Counted from the first letter of the stretch, positions 27,272 to 35,605 are shown. The stretch is 64,000 nucleotides of DNA from Halieaceae bacterium (GCA_965229625.1 CBDDJJ010000001.1:1546417-1610416); one strand, 5' to 3'. A program made the numbers and translations. Notes: generated from the letters alone by a model not told the origin.

Positions 27272-28011
27272 GATGACTCTCCCAACAGTTCGAGCAGAAT
27301 GTGTTCCGGTTCCTGGCGCGGGTGCTTTGCCTTCAGTTCGCTCACCTCGGCCTGCACCAATAACCGGCCCCGTTCCAGCACCACGATGCGGTCGGCGAGC
27401 TTCATGGCCTCGCGCATATCGTGGGTGACCAGCAGCATGCAGCGCGGCTCCAGATGCCGCAGCTCCCGAAACTGCGCGTGCACATCGAGGCGGGTCAGCG
27501 GATCGAGGGCGCCGAAGGGCTCGTCCAGCAACAACAGGGTAGGCTCCAACACCATCGCCCGCGCCAGGCCCGCCCGCTGCTGTTGGCCGCCACTAAGCTC
27601 ATGGGGGTAGCGCGCCAGCAGCTCCCGGTCCAGGTGTACCAGTTCGAGCAGGCGCGCCAGGCGTCCGTCGATACGATCCTTGTCCCAGCCTGCAAGGCGC
27701 GCCGAGAGGGTGATGTTTGATTCCACTGACAGATGCGGAAACAGCCCGCTGCCCTGCACCGCGTAACCGATACCGCGGCGCAGCGTGGGCAACTGGGAAT
27801 AGTCGATGGGCTTGCCCATGACTTCGACGTGACCACGGGTCGGGCGAACCAGGCCGTTGATAGAACGCAACAGTGTCGACTTGCCGCTGCCGCTGCGGCC
27901 GATGACGGCGGTGACAGAGTCTTCAGGGAAACTGACAGTGATGTCGGAGAGTACCGGCGTGCCGGCGAAATCCATGCCGAGTTGGTGTAGGGCGACGGCC
28001 GTCAAGGGCAA
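27268..28011 (-). CDS. ABC transporter ATP-binding protein (OpuCA/ProV-like, no CBS tail)
   Basis: 247 aa with a TTG start. Walker A GRSGSGKST, signature LSGGQQQRAGLARA, Walker B LLLLDEP. Confidence 0.85.
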   Translation of the reverse strand: MPLTAVALHQLGMDFAGTPVLSDITVSFPEDSVTAVIGRSGSGKSTLLRSINGLVRPTRGHVEVMGKPIDYSQLPTLRRGIGYAVQGSGLFPHLSVESNITLSARLAGWDKDRIDGRLARLLELVHLDRELLARYPHELSGGQQQRAGLARAMVLEPTLLLLDEPFGALDPLTRLDVHAQFRELRHLEPRCMLLVTHDMREAMKLADRIVVLERGRLLVQAEVSELKAKHPRQEPEHILLELLGESS

Positions 28012-28076
28012 CCGTCCCTGGGCAAATCCATGTAGGCCTCGCGGGCTTCTTTTAAGTCAGTGTAGAGAGGGGAATC

Positions 28077-28141
28077 AAAAAAACAACCGGCGGCACCCAC
28101 GCGCGCGAGGCCATCGCTACGCAGGCTTCTGCCGCCGGTTG
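28077..28141 (-). terminator. Candidate intrinsic terminator after the Fur-regulated small genes
   Basis: 12-bp GC-rich arms CAACCGGCGGCA / TGCCGCCGGTTG (28130-28141 and 28084-28095), followed on the minus strand by T7 (28077-28083). The loop is unusually long at 34 nt. Confidence 0.4.
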
Positions 28142-28287
28142 AGTAACAGGGCTTTCTTGAGGCTGGCGTGCAACACGCGCTGGGAGTGTTGGTCCAGGCA
28201 GTGCATCTGCTCGATGTGCAGTTCATGTCGGCGCAGCAGGTCTTCAACGACGGTCGCCGGCAGGGCCACATGAACCAGCCTTTTCAC
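28117..28287 (-). CDS. Possible small ORF (56 aa), hypothetical
   Basis: Below the ORF-track cutoff. My own translation is VKRLVHVALPATVVEDLLRRHELHIEQMHCLDQHSQRVLHASLKKALLLNRRQKPA*. Starts 2 nt after the stop of the upstream gene. No family recognised. Confidence 0.3.
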   Translation of the reverse strand: MKRLVHVALPATVVEDLLRRHELHIEQMHCLDQHSQRVLHASLKKALLLNRRQKPA

Positions 28288-28289
28288 TT

Positions 28290-28601
28290 CTAGTGAACCG
28301 TCGCTGACGCGTGGCCGTTCAGTTGCAGCACCTGGGCTACCAGGTTGAGCTGGGCCGCGCTGGCGGAAAAGCGCCGGACCCAGCTGCGATCACAGCATTG
28401 GGCGTCTCGTACCATCAGCTGCGCGGCCTCATAAGCAGCGCCCGCATGGCGCCAGGCATTGAGCCAGTCTTTCTGTTTCATCAGCCGCTGCGCCTGCTCA
28501 AAGCCGCTTCGCCAGAACGGCGCCGCCACGTCGGGGCTGCCCTCAAGCCAGGCGCGGTGACGCGGGCAAATGAACTTGAAGTCGACTCCGGGTGTGAGCA
28601 T
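28290..28601 (-). CDS. Hypothetical protein (103 aa) immediately downstream of a Fur box
   Basis: Strong SD (GGAGGTGA) 5 nt before the ATG. The sequence MLTPGVDFKFICPRHRAWLEGSPDV... is not recognised. Confidence 0.5.
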   Translation of the reverse strand: MLTPGVDFKFICPRHRAWLEGSPDVAAPFWRSGFEQAQRLMKQKDWLNAWRHAGAAYEAAQLMVRDAQCCDRSWVRRFSASAAQLNLVAQVLQLNGHASATVH

Positions 28602-28610
28602 CGATCACCT

Positions 28611-28637
28611 CCTAAATGATAATGATTATCATTTAGG
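28611..28637. promoter_or_regulatory. Fur box (27-bp perfect palindrome)
   Basis: CCTAAATGATAAT-G-ATTATCATTTAGG. The core TGATAAT-G-ATTATCA matches the 7-1-7 Fur motif exactly, and 15/19 positions match the GATAATGATAATCATTATC consensus. Confidence 0.75.
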
Positions 28638-28760
28638 TTAGTGCCTGATGCCCTGCTTGCCAACCCCCTGACGGCAGAAAAATGCCGATTTGCCTGTCAC
28701 AAAATATTCACCACTGCGTATTTTTGCTGCAACAGCCCGGCGGCATCCTGCTCGCGAATC

Positions 28761-29027
28761 GGGGCCTGCTCACACCAATCGAGTTGGCCCTGTTGTGACA
28801 GAGAAAGCGCCAATCGAGACGCGAGGAGTGAAGTTTGGTGGTTCCAAATGAACGACGAGCAACGAGAAGTGGCGCTTTCTCTGCCGCAACCCGTAGGGCT
28901 GCCCCTGTATTCGCGCTCTGCGGCGTTAGAAATTGTTTATGTGGACCCACCACACTGCACAATTCCTGCCTTGCAGAGCACGAATACAGGGGCAGCAGGG
29001 CTAACTCGATTGGTGTGAACAGGCCCC
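28761..29027. repeat. 267-nt nested inverted-repeat element (three long helices): MITE-like element or structured leader
   Basis: Outer arms 28761-28792 and 28996-29027 are complementary at 30/32 positions. Inner helix A pairs 28799-28812 with 28870-28883 (14/14). Inner helix B pairs 28898-28921 with 28973-28996 (23/24). All pairings were checked base by base. Confidence 0.75.
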
Positions 29028-29037
29028 AGGGGGCACC

Positions 29038-29226
29038 ATGGCTAAGCTGAAGTCCCCGGCCAGCGAACACGAAAAAGAACGCATGCGGGCCGAAATAGAT
29101 TCTCAAGTGGAAGAGTTCCTCCGCCGCGGCGGCAAGATCGATGTGTTGACCAGTGAGCGTGCAGGCGGGTCCGATATCGGCAGCGTCTGGCACCAGCAGG
29201 ACGACATGTCCAACATCGTTCCGTAG
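29038..29226 (+). CDS. Small protein resembling the conserved core of the RNAP-binding regulator SutA
   Basis: 62 aa. SD AGGGGG lies 5 nt upstream. EHEKERMRAEIDSQVEEFLRRGGKIDVL resembles the KER...EEFL.RGGK.. core I remember from SutA-family proteins. It lacks the long acidic N-tail. Confidence 0.45.
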   Translation: MAKLKSPASEHEKERMRAEIDSQVEEFLRRGGKIDVLTSERAGGSDIGSVWHQQDDMSNIVP

Positions 29227-29285
29227 CAGTAAACAACTCACACGATCCGGCGTGGACCGCAGGGAGAACTGATGAGGCCAATTGC

Positions 29286-31040
29286 ATGCTGAATGTCGAG
29301 AATATCCTCGAAGAACGTTATCCCGACTTTGTAAGCCAGCACACGAAGACCGCCAGTACCCTCTCCCGCTTTCTCAGCTTCCTCTTTTACGAATCTCGCT
29401 TCCAGCAGTTCGAGCGCGATTACCCGCACCTGGAGGGCTTTGATTTCGTCGAGGCGGCGCTGCGCTACTTCGATTTCACGCTACGCCTGCGCGAAGATGA
29501 GCGGGCTCGTATTCCCGCTACCGGCCCGGTAGTGATCATTGCCAATCACCCCATCGGCTCACTGGACGGCCTGGCGCTGCTGGACCTGGTGCGCGAAGTT
29601 CGCGCCGATGTAAAGGTGGTGGCCAACGACCTGTTGGCCGTGCTGAACCCGCTCAAGCCGGTGATGCTGCCGGTCAACAACATGGGCGGCAACACGCCCA
29701 AGACCAACCTGGCAAATATCAAGCAGCACCTGAAAAACGACGGCGCGCTGATTATTTTCCCGGCCGGCGAGGTGTCGCGCTTCGGACCCACTGGCATCCG
29801 GGACGGCAAGTGGCAGTCGGGCTTTGTGAAAATTGCGAAGTCTGCGCAGGCGCCGATCCTGCCGATCTTCGTGGCGGGCCGCAACAGTCTGTTCTTCTAC
29901 AGCATTTCCTTCCTGGCCAAGCCCTTGTCCACCCTGTGGCTGGTGCGAGAAATGTTCAAGCAAAGTCACAACACCGTGGACGCCCGGGTAGGCAATCCGA
30001 TTCCCTACGACGTTTACTCGCGGGTCGACGGTGGCGCCAAACACCTGGCTGGCCTGTTCAAGAAGCATGTCTATCGGCTGGCACGCGGCCGCCGCGGCAT
30101 CTTCCTGACCACGGAAACCGTGGCCGCCCCGGAAAATCGCCTGCTATTGAAGCGTGAACTGGAGCAGTGCGAACTGCTGGGCGACACCCCGGACGGCAAA
30201 CAGATCTACCTGTACAAGCAGCAGAGCTCAGACTGCCTGATGCGCGAAATCGGCCGCCTGCGTGAGCTGACCTTCCGCTCAGTGGGGGAAGGCTCCGGCC
30301 TGCCGCGGGATATCGACCGTTTCGACCGCGACTACCACCAGCTGGTGCTGTGGGACCCCGAGCAATTGGAGATCGCCGGCGCCTACCGCATTGGCGACTC
30401 CGGCGACCTGGTGGCTCGCAAGGGCGTCGAATCACTGTACACCCACACGCTGTTCGAATTCGGCGAGGGCATGCGCCCGGTGCTGGAACGCGGCCTGGAG
30501 CTCGGGCGCAGCTTCGTGCAGCCGCGCTACCAGAATCGCCAGAGTCTCGACTACCTGTGGTGTGGCATCGGCGCTTTCCTGCGTCGCTACCCCGATTACC
30601 GTTACCTGTACGGGCCGGTGTCTATCAGCCGCTTCTACAGCGACGCCGCCATCGCCCGCATCGTTTACTACTACTCCTGTCACTACGGCTCCGATGAACT
30701 GGGCGTCACCGGACGCAACCCCTACCTGGTGCAACCGGAGTACCAGCACAGGCTCATCGAAGAATTTTCCGGCACGGACCGTGAGGCCGACTTCAAGGCG
30801 CTGAGAGAGCACCTGGCCGAGCACGGTATGCCCATCCCTGTTCTGTTCAAGCATTACTCGGAAGTGGCCGAGCCTGAAGGCGTGCGCTTCGCCGCCTTCA
30901 ATATCGACCCCGATTTCGGAGACTGTGTCGACGGCTTCCTGGTTGTCGACCTGCATCAACTGAAACCGCGCAAAAGAAAGCGGTACCTGGGAACGGATGT
31001 GACCTTAAAGGGAGAAGACCATGGAAGCGCTGAGCTTTGA
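29286..31040 (+). CDS. Bifunctional acyltransferase: PlsC-type O-acyltransferase (N-terminal) plus OlsB-like GNAT N-acyltransferase (C-terminal); OlsF-like aminolipid synthase candidate
   Basis: 584 aa. VVIIANHPIGSLDGLALL is an acyltransferase H-x-D block. The C-terminal ...LRELTFRSVGEGSGLPRDIDRFDRDYHQLVLWD... is like lyso-ornithine-lipid-synthase-type GNATs. Confidence 0.65.
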   Translation: MLNVENILEERYPDFVSQHTKTASTLSRFLSFLFYESRFQQFERDYPHLEGFDFVEAALRYFDFTLRLREDERARIPATGPVVIIANHPIGSLDGLALLDLVREVRADVKVVANDLLAVLNPLKPVMLPVNNMGGNTPKTNLANIKQHLKNDGALIIFPAGEVSRFGPTGIRDGKWQSGFVKIAKSAQAPILPIFVAGRNSLFFYSISFLAKPLSTLWLVREMFKQSHNTVDARVGNPIPYDVYSRVDGGAKHLAGLFKKHVYRLARGRRGIFLTTETVAAPENRLLLKRELEQCELLGDTPDGKQIYLYKQQSSDCLMREIGRLRELTFRSVGEGSGLPRDIDRFDRDYHQLVLWDPEQLEIAGAYRIGDSGDLVARKGVESLYTHTLFEFGEGMRPVLERGLELGRSFVQPRYQNRQSLDYLWCGIGAFLRRYPDYRYLYGPVSISRFYSDAAIARIVYYYSCHYGSDELGVTGRNPYLVQPEYQHRLIEEFSGTDREADFKALREHLAEHGMPIPVLFKHYSEVAEPEGVRFAAFNIDPDFGDCVDGFLVVDLHQLKPRKRKRYLGTDVTLKGEDHGSAEL

Positions 31041-31815
31041 AGGGGAAATACACTGCAAGACCCTGTGGATTTCGGACGTACACCTCGGTAGCGCCAACTG
31101 CAAAGCAGAGCACCTGATCCAGTTGCTGGACCGGGTGCGCTGCGAGCGGCTGTACCTGGTGGGCGACATTGTCGATATGTGGGCAATGTCCAAGCGCGTG
31201 TTCTGGCCGGAGTCTCACAACCTGGTGCTGCGCAAGCTGCTGAACAAGTCGAAGGCGGGTGTGGAGATTATTTACATACCCGGCAACCACGATGCCAACT
31301 TCCGCGAGTTCTGCGGCAGCGAATTCGGCCACGTGGTTATCAAGCGTCGCCATGTGCACGTCACACCGGACGGCCGGCGCCTGCTGGTCACCCACGGCGA
31401 CGAGTTGGACCACGCCGTGCGCTTCAGCCGCATCAACCGCCTGATCGGCGACTGGGCCTACGACGCGATGATGAGCGTAAACCGATGGGTGAACAAACTT
31501 CGCGACCGCATGGGCCTGCCCTACTGGTCACTGTCGGGCTGGATAAAGAACAACGTCGCCCAGGCGGAGGCGGCCATCCAGGCCTACCAGGCGGCGGCGG
31601 TGAACATGGTCCGCGAGCGCGGCTACGACGGCATAATCTGCGGCCACCTGCATCACCCGGTGATTCAGCAGTACGAGGACATCCTCTATTGCAACGACGG
31701 CGACTGGGTGGAGAACTGCACGGCCTTGCTGGAAGATGAAGCGGGCCAGCTCAAGCTGCTGCGCGGCATCAGCAGCCGGGAAGAGCGTTCAGACGTACTG
31801 TTTGTCGCCGCCTGA
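31021..31815 (+). CDS. LpxH-family metallophosphoesterase (UDP-2,3-diacylglucosamine diphosphatase-like)
   Basis: 264 aa. WISDVHLG, LVGDIVD, PGNHD, THGDELD and GHLHHP are calcineurin-like phosphoesterase motifs. 20-nt overlap with the upstream gene. Confidence 0.75.
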   Translation: MEALSFEGEIHCKTLWISDVHLGSANCKAEHLIQLLDRVRCERLYLVGDIVDMWAMSKRVFWPESHNLVLRKLLNKSKAGVEIIYIPGNHDANFREFCGSEFGHVVIKRRHVHVTPDGRRLLVTHGDELDHAVRFSRINRLIGDWAYDAMMSVNRWVNKLRDRMGLPYWSLSGWIKNNVAQAEAAIQAYQAAAVNMVRERGYDGIICGHLHHPVIQQYEDILYCNDGDWVENCTALLEDEAGQLKLLRGISSREERSDVLFVAA

Positions 31816-31848
31816 AGCGGCGGCAAACGGTCACAAGTCAGACCGCGA

Positions 31849-33603
31849 TCAGAATCGATTGGTCAGCCACAGGGCCTGGTAGGGAGCGATCTCTATCATG
31901 CCCTGCTGGTCGTGGTAGTCAGCACCGCTGACCAGGTCCTTCCACTGTTCCGTACCCACCAGGTTGATCTCCGCGAGGCTCACGGCCTGCACCTCGTCGG
32001 TCACGTTGTAAACGCAGAAAATGCTCTGGCTGCGGTCCATGCTCTGGCGCCAGAAAGCGAAGATATTGGTCCCCAGGTGCATGGTGAACTGGGTGGCATT
32101 GGGGTGGAAAGCCGGCTGGGCGCTGCGCAGGCCGATCAGGCGGATAATGCGTTCGAAGACGCGGCCGTGGTGACGCTCCTCGTCAACCAGCGCCGCGCGC
32201 AGGTCCTCGTCTTCCCAGATATGCCGGTTGATAGTGCGGGCCCGGCCGGTGTTTTCCACCCGGGTATAGTCATTCTCAGTGCCCAACAGGCTGTGGATGT
32301 AGAACGCCGGAATGCCCTCCAAAGCCATCATGATGGCGTGGGCACAGACAAAGCGGTCCTCCTGGTAGTCGTCGCGGCCACTGTCGATGGTGCCCTGCAG
32401 GGCATCGTATAGCGCCACGTTGATTTCGTAGGGCTTGTCGTAGCCTTCCCGCGCGCGCCGCATGGTTACCCGGCCGCCGCAATCGCGCATGCAGTCCAGC
32501 AGGCGGTCGATATCCTTCTGTTCCAGCAGGCCATCGAGCGGCCGCAGGCCGATACCGTCATGGGAGGCAATGAAGTTCAGGTAGGCCGTACCCGACTGGG
32601 CCGGCGGCATGCTCATCATCCAGGTTTTCAGATGGCGGCAGTCTCCGGCCACCAGGGTGTACACCAATAGCGGCGGCAGCGAGAAATTGTAGATGAGGTG
32701 CGCCTCGTTGGCGTTGCCGAAGTAGGTCAGGTTCTCCCGGTTGGGTACATTGGTCTCGGTTACCACCACCGCGCGCTCTGTGTGGTGCTCGATAAGCGTC
32801 CGGTACAGCTTGATGATCTCGTGGGTCTGCGGCAGGTGCACACAGGGGGTGCCGGGCTCCTTCCACAGGAAAGCCACGGCATCCATGCGGAACAGCTGGA
32901 CCCCGTGTTCCAGGTAATGACGAATAATGCCCGCGAACTCTACCAGTACCCGCGGGTTGGCAAAGTTGAGGTCTACCTGGTCGGCACTGAAGGTGCACCA
33001 GACATGCCGGGTACCATCGGCAGTTTCCACTTCGGTCAGCAGCGGCGAATTGCGCGGACGCACCACGGCACTGATATCCGCTTCCGGGTCGCCCTCTACA
33101 AAGAAATCCTTGCCTGGGTCCAGCCGTTTCTTGAAGTTGTCAAACCAGCGGCTGCGAGACGAGGCATGGTTCAGCACCAGGTCCGACATCAGGCGGAAGT
33201 CGCTGGCGATCGCGCTGATGTCTTCCCACTCCCCCACCGCGGGGTTCACCACCAGGTAATCCATAACCGCGAACCCGTCGTCAGAGCTGAACGGGAAGAA
33301 CGGCAGTATGTGCACGCCGGAGATGGTACTGCCCAGGTATTCCCGCAGGAAACGATGCAGGGTCTTGAGCGGGGTTTCACCACCGTCGACGATGGAATCG
33401 CCGTAAGTGATAAGAATGTTGTCCGATTCGTCCCAATGGTTCAGGTGGGGGCGCGGCGCCTTGCAGCTCTCCGTGAGCCCCATGGTGATCATCAGCTCAT
33501 TGGCGAGTTCACGATGATCGCCCGAGCCGTAAATGATCTCGAGGTGTTTCTGCAGTCGGTACTGTAGGCCGGCGAGCGCGTCAGCGGGGGGCGGCGTATT
33601 CAC
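31849..33603 (-). CDS. GH13_18 sucrose-phosphorylase-family enzyme, probable glucosylglycerate phosphorylase
   Basis: The N-terminal extension ...HWDESDNILITYGDSI precedes the SPase-like core (...FRMDAVAFLW...). Start chosen at GTG 33603 (GAGGAAG plus 6 nt). ATG 33624 or 33657 are also possible. Overlaps the upstream gene's 3' end. Confidence 0.75.
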   Translation of the reverse strand: MNTPPPADALAGLQYRLQKHLEIIYGSGDHRELANELMITMGLTESCKAPRPHLNHWDESDNILITYGDSIVDGGETPLKTLHRFLREYLGSTISGVHILPFFPFSSDDGFAVMDYLVVNPAVGEWEDISAIASDFRLMSDLVLNHASSRSRWFDNFKKRLDPGKDFFVEGDPEADISAVVRPRNSPLLTEVETADGTRHVWCTFSADQVDLNFANPRVLVEFAGIIRHYLEHGVQLFRMDAVAFLWKEPGTPCVHLPQTHEIIKLYRTLIEHHTERAVVVTETNVPNRENLTYFGNANEAHLIYNFSLPPLLVYTLVAGDCRHLKTWMMSMPPAQSGTAYLNFIASHDGIGLRPLDGLLEQKDIDRLLDCMRDCGGRVTMRRAREGYDKPYEINVALYDALQGTIDSGRDDYQEDRFVCAHAIMMALEGIPAFYIHSLLGTENDYTRVENTGRARTINRHIWEDEDLRAALVDEERHHGRVFERIIRLIGLRSAQPAFHPNATQFTMHLGTNIFAFWRQSMDRSQSIFCVYNVTDEVQAVSLAEINLVGTEQWKDLVSGADYHDQQGMIEIAPYQALWLTNRF

Positions 33604-34810
33604 GGTAGTCTTCCTCAACCGCATTTCGGAACTGCTCCAGCACATCCGGGAATGCACTGGTAACGCGGTTCCACCCAGGGATGAAGGGCTTTTGCATGGG
33701 ATTTGCCAGGAAATAGTCTCCGGCTTTCATAATGTTCTGTGCAAACAATTCTACCGCCTCTTCCTCGCGATGGCGCTGGTAACCCAGGCCGTTGATGGCG
33801 GCATCGTTTTCGTAGGTGTCGATAAAGTCCAGCGCCACCCGGTAATAGGTGGCCTTGATGGTACGGAACTTCTCAGTGGAGAAGACCTCGCCCTTGGTAG
33901 CGAGTTTACGGAACATCGCCTTGGCTATGTCGGTGCTCATTTTAGACAACCCGCGGGTCGGGTCTTCCCTGGATAGCTCCTGGTGTTTGTGGTCATAGAC
34001 CTCCGCTATGTCTACCTGACAGATACGGTTGGTGGCATAGTTGCGGTTCATTTCCGACAGCACGCCCACCTCCAGTCCCCAGTCGCTGGGAATCAACAGG
34101 TCGTTGATCACATATGAGCGCAGGGAGAACTCGCCCGCCAGCGGGTAGCGGAAGCTGTCCATGTAGTTGAGGAACTCGCTGTAGCCGCACACCTTGGTGA
34201 GTGAGCGCAACAGGGGCGTGACGAACAGGCGACTTACCCGTCCGCCCATGGTGTCGGTGGCCACACGCGCGTAGTAACCCTTGCAGAAGGAATAGCTGAA
34301 GCTCGGATTAGCGACGGGGTAGATCAGGCGCGCCAGCAGCTCTCGTTCATAGGTCACGATATCGCAATCGTGCAGGGCCACGCTTTCGGAACGCCCGGTC
34401 GACAGCACATAACCCAGCATGTACCAGACGTTGCGACCCTTGCCCATCTCGGTGGGCGCCAGGCCCTTTTCCTTGAGCCGGGCATCGATCGCCATCAGGC
34501 GCGGGCCGTCGTTCCACAGCACCCGGTGGTGCTGGGGCAGGCGTGAGAAATACTCCAGCGCTTCCTTGTACTCGTCCTTGTTCGCCCGGTCCAGGCCGAT
34601 CACGATCTCGTCCAGATAGGGCACCTTGCAGAGCTCGTCAACGATGTTCGCCAGCGCCGGGCCGGACAGTTCGGAGTGCAGGCAGGGCAGCACCAGGGAC
34701 ATTGGCCGAGAGGCGCGGAATTGCATCAGCTCGCGCTCCAGGTCTTCCACCGGCCTGCGGGTCAGGTTATGCAGGGTGGTGACCAGTCCGTTCTGGTGAA
34801 AATCGCCCAT
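33581..34810 (-). CDS. Glucosyl-(or mannosyl-)3-phosphoglycerate synthase-like glycosyltransferase
   Basis: 409 aa. ...GKGRNVWYMLGYVL...VALHDCDIVTYERELLARLIYP... is a GT-A type sequence. The call rests mostly on context with the HAD phosphatase and the GH13_18 phosphorylase. Confidence 0.6.
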   Translation of the reverse strand: MGDFHQNGLVTTLHNLTRRPVEDLERELMQFRASRPMSLVLPCLHSELSGPALANIVDELCKVPYLDEIVIGLDRANKDEYKEALEYFSRLPQHHRVLWNDGPRLMAIDARLKEKGLAPTEMGKGRNVWYMLGYVLSTGRSESVALHDCDIVTYERELLARLIYPVANPSFSYSFCKGYYARVATDTMGGRVSRLFVTPLLRSLTKVCGYSEFLNYMDSFRYPLAGEFSLRSYVINDLLIPSDWGLEVGVLSEMNRNYATNRICQVDIAEVYDHKHQELSREDPTRGLSKMSTDIAKAMFRKLATKGEVFSTEKFRTIKATYYRVALDFIDTYENDAAINGLGYQRHREEEAVELFAQNIMKAGDYFLANPMQKPFIPGWNRVTSAFPDVLEQFRNAVEEDYREYAAPR

Positions 34811-34819
34811 CGGATCTCC

Positions 34820-35605
34820 CTAGCGCTCCGCGCTGTCGCTGAATTCATCAAGCAGTGCCGACATCGCTTCCTGCCATCCAGAAGGACCGGGGTGGCGCGT
34901 CCGGAGGATGCGTCCAGGACCGGCGGGCTCGAGGCTGTCAGACCTTGCCGATTTGATGATAACCGCTATATCCGCTGCCGCCAGCATCGACAGGTCGTTG
35001 GGGCTGTCACCAAGGGCGATAACCGGCCCATGATTGACATAGCGCAGGCGCAGGCGCTTCAGAGCAGCGCCCTTGTCGGTGGGCCCCGCCACTGACAGGA
35101 AACGGCCGCCCTGCTGGGCGGTCAGGCCGCGCGCTGCCAGCAGGGAGCGAAACCGCTCCAGATTTTGTTCGCTGTCTTCCCAGAGCAGGGGTTCGCTGAA
35201 TTCGCGCTGCGCGGCCAGCGCGGCGGCCGCGACCGATAGCCCGGTGCAGTCAGCGACCTCCTGCACCGACATGTCCGCAAACCCGGTAAAACTGAAGCCC
35301 TCCTGCTCGCGCAGGGAGTGCAGCTGTTGTAGTACCTCGGCCCTGGGCGGCGCCAGCGCCTCAAGCTTATCGCCGGATTCTCCAGCGTTGCAGATGCCGG
35401 CTCCGTTCTCACAGATAAACGGACCGCTTATCTCCAGCTCTGCCTGCAGCGGTGCCATCTCAGCGCGCGTCTTGCTGGAACACAGCACCAGCGGAATGCC
35501 GCGCTCGCGGATGGTGGCCAGCGCTGCGCTGGCCGGCTCAAAACTGTAGCTGTCATGGTCCAGCAGGGTTCCGTCCAGGTCGGTAACGATCAGTGGCATA
35601 CTCAC
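34820..35605 (-). CDS. HAD-IIB phosphatase, mannosyl/glucosyl-3-phosphoglycerate phosphatase family (YedP/MpgP-like)
   Basis: 261 aa. IVTDLDGTLLDHDSYSF...LVLCSSKTRAEM...GDSPNDLSML are HAD motifs. GTGA overlap with the kinase gene stop. Confidence 0.75.
   Translation of the reverse strand: MSMPLIVTDLDGTLLDHDSYSFEPASAALATIRERGIPLVLCSSKTRAEMAPLQAELEISGPFICENGAGICNAGESGDKLEALAPPRAEVLQQLHSLREQEGFSFTGFADMSVQEVADCTGLSVAAAALAAQREFSEPLLWEDSEQNLERFRSLLAARGLTAQQGGRFLSVAGPTDKGAALKRLRLRYVNHGPVIALGDSPNDLSMLAAADIAVIIKSARSDSLEPAGPGRILRTRHPGPSGWQEAMSALLDEFSDSAER

Noticed and set aside
28002-28271. 89-aa minus-strand ORF between the Fur-regulated gene and the ABC ATPase gene
   Set aside because: It is Cys/Arg-rich and crosses the terminator hairpin and the ATPase start. 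A different frame gives a more protein-like 56-aa ORF, which I report with low confidence.
28641-29241. ORFs 28641..29018 (+, 125 aa) and 28708..29241 (-, 177 aa)
   Set aside because: Both run through the nested inverted-repeat element and its palindromes. They are mutually antisense, and the minus-strand one also overlaps the SutA-like gene. No family was recognised.
31800-31848. Hairpin CGCCGC-ctgaa-GCGGCG after the LpxH-like gene as a terminator
   Set aside because: The stem is only 6-7 bp and neither strand has a U-tract, so the evidence is too weak to report as a feature.
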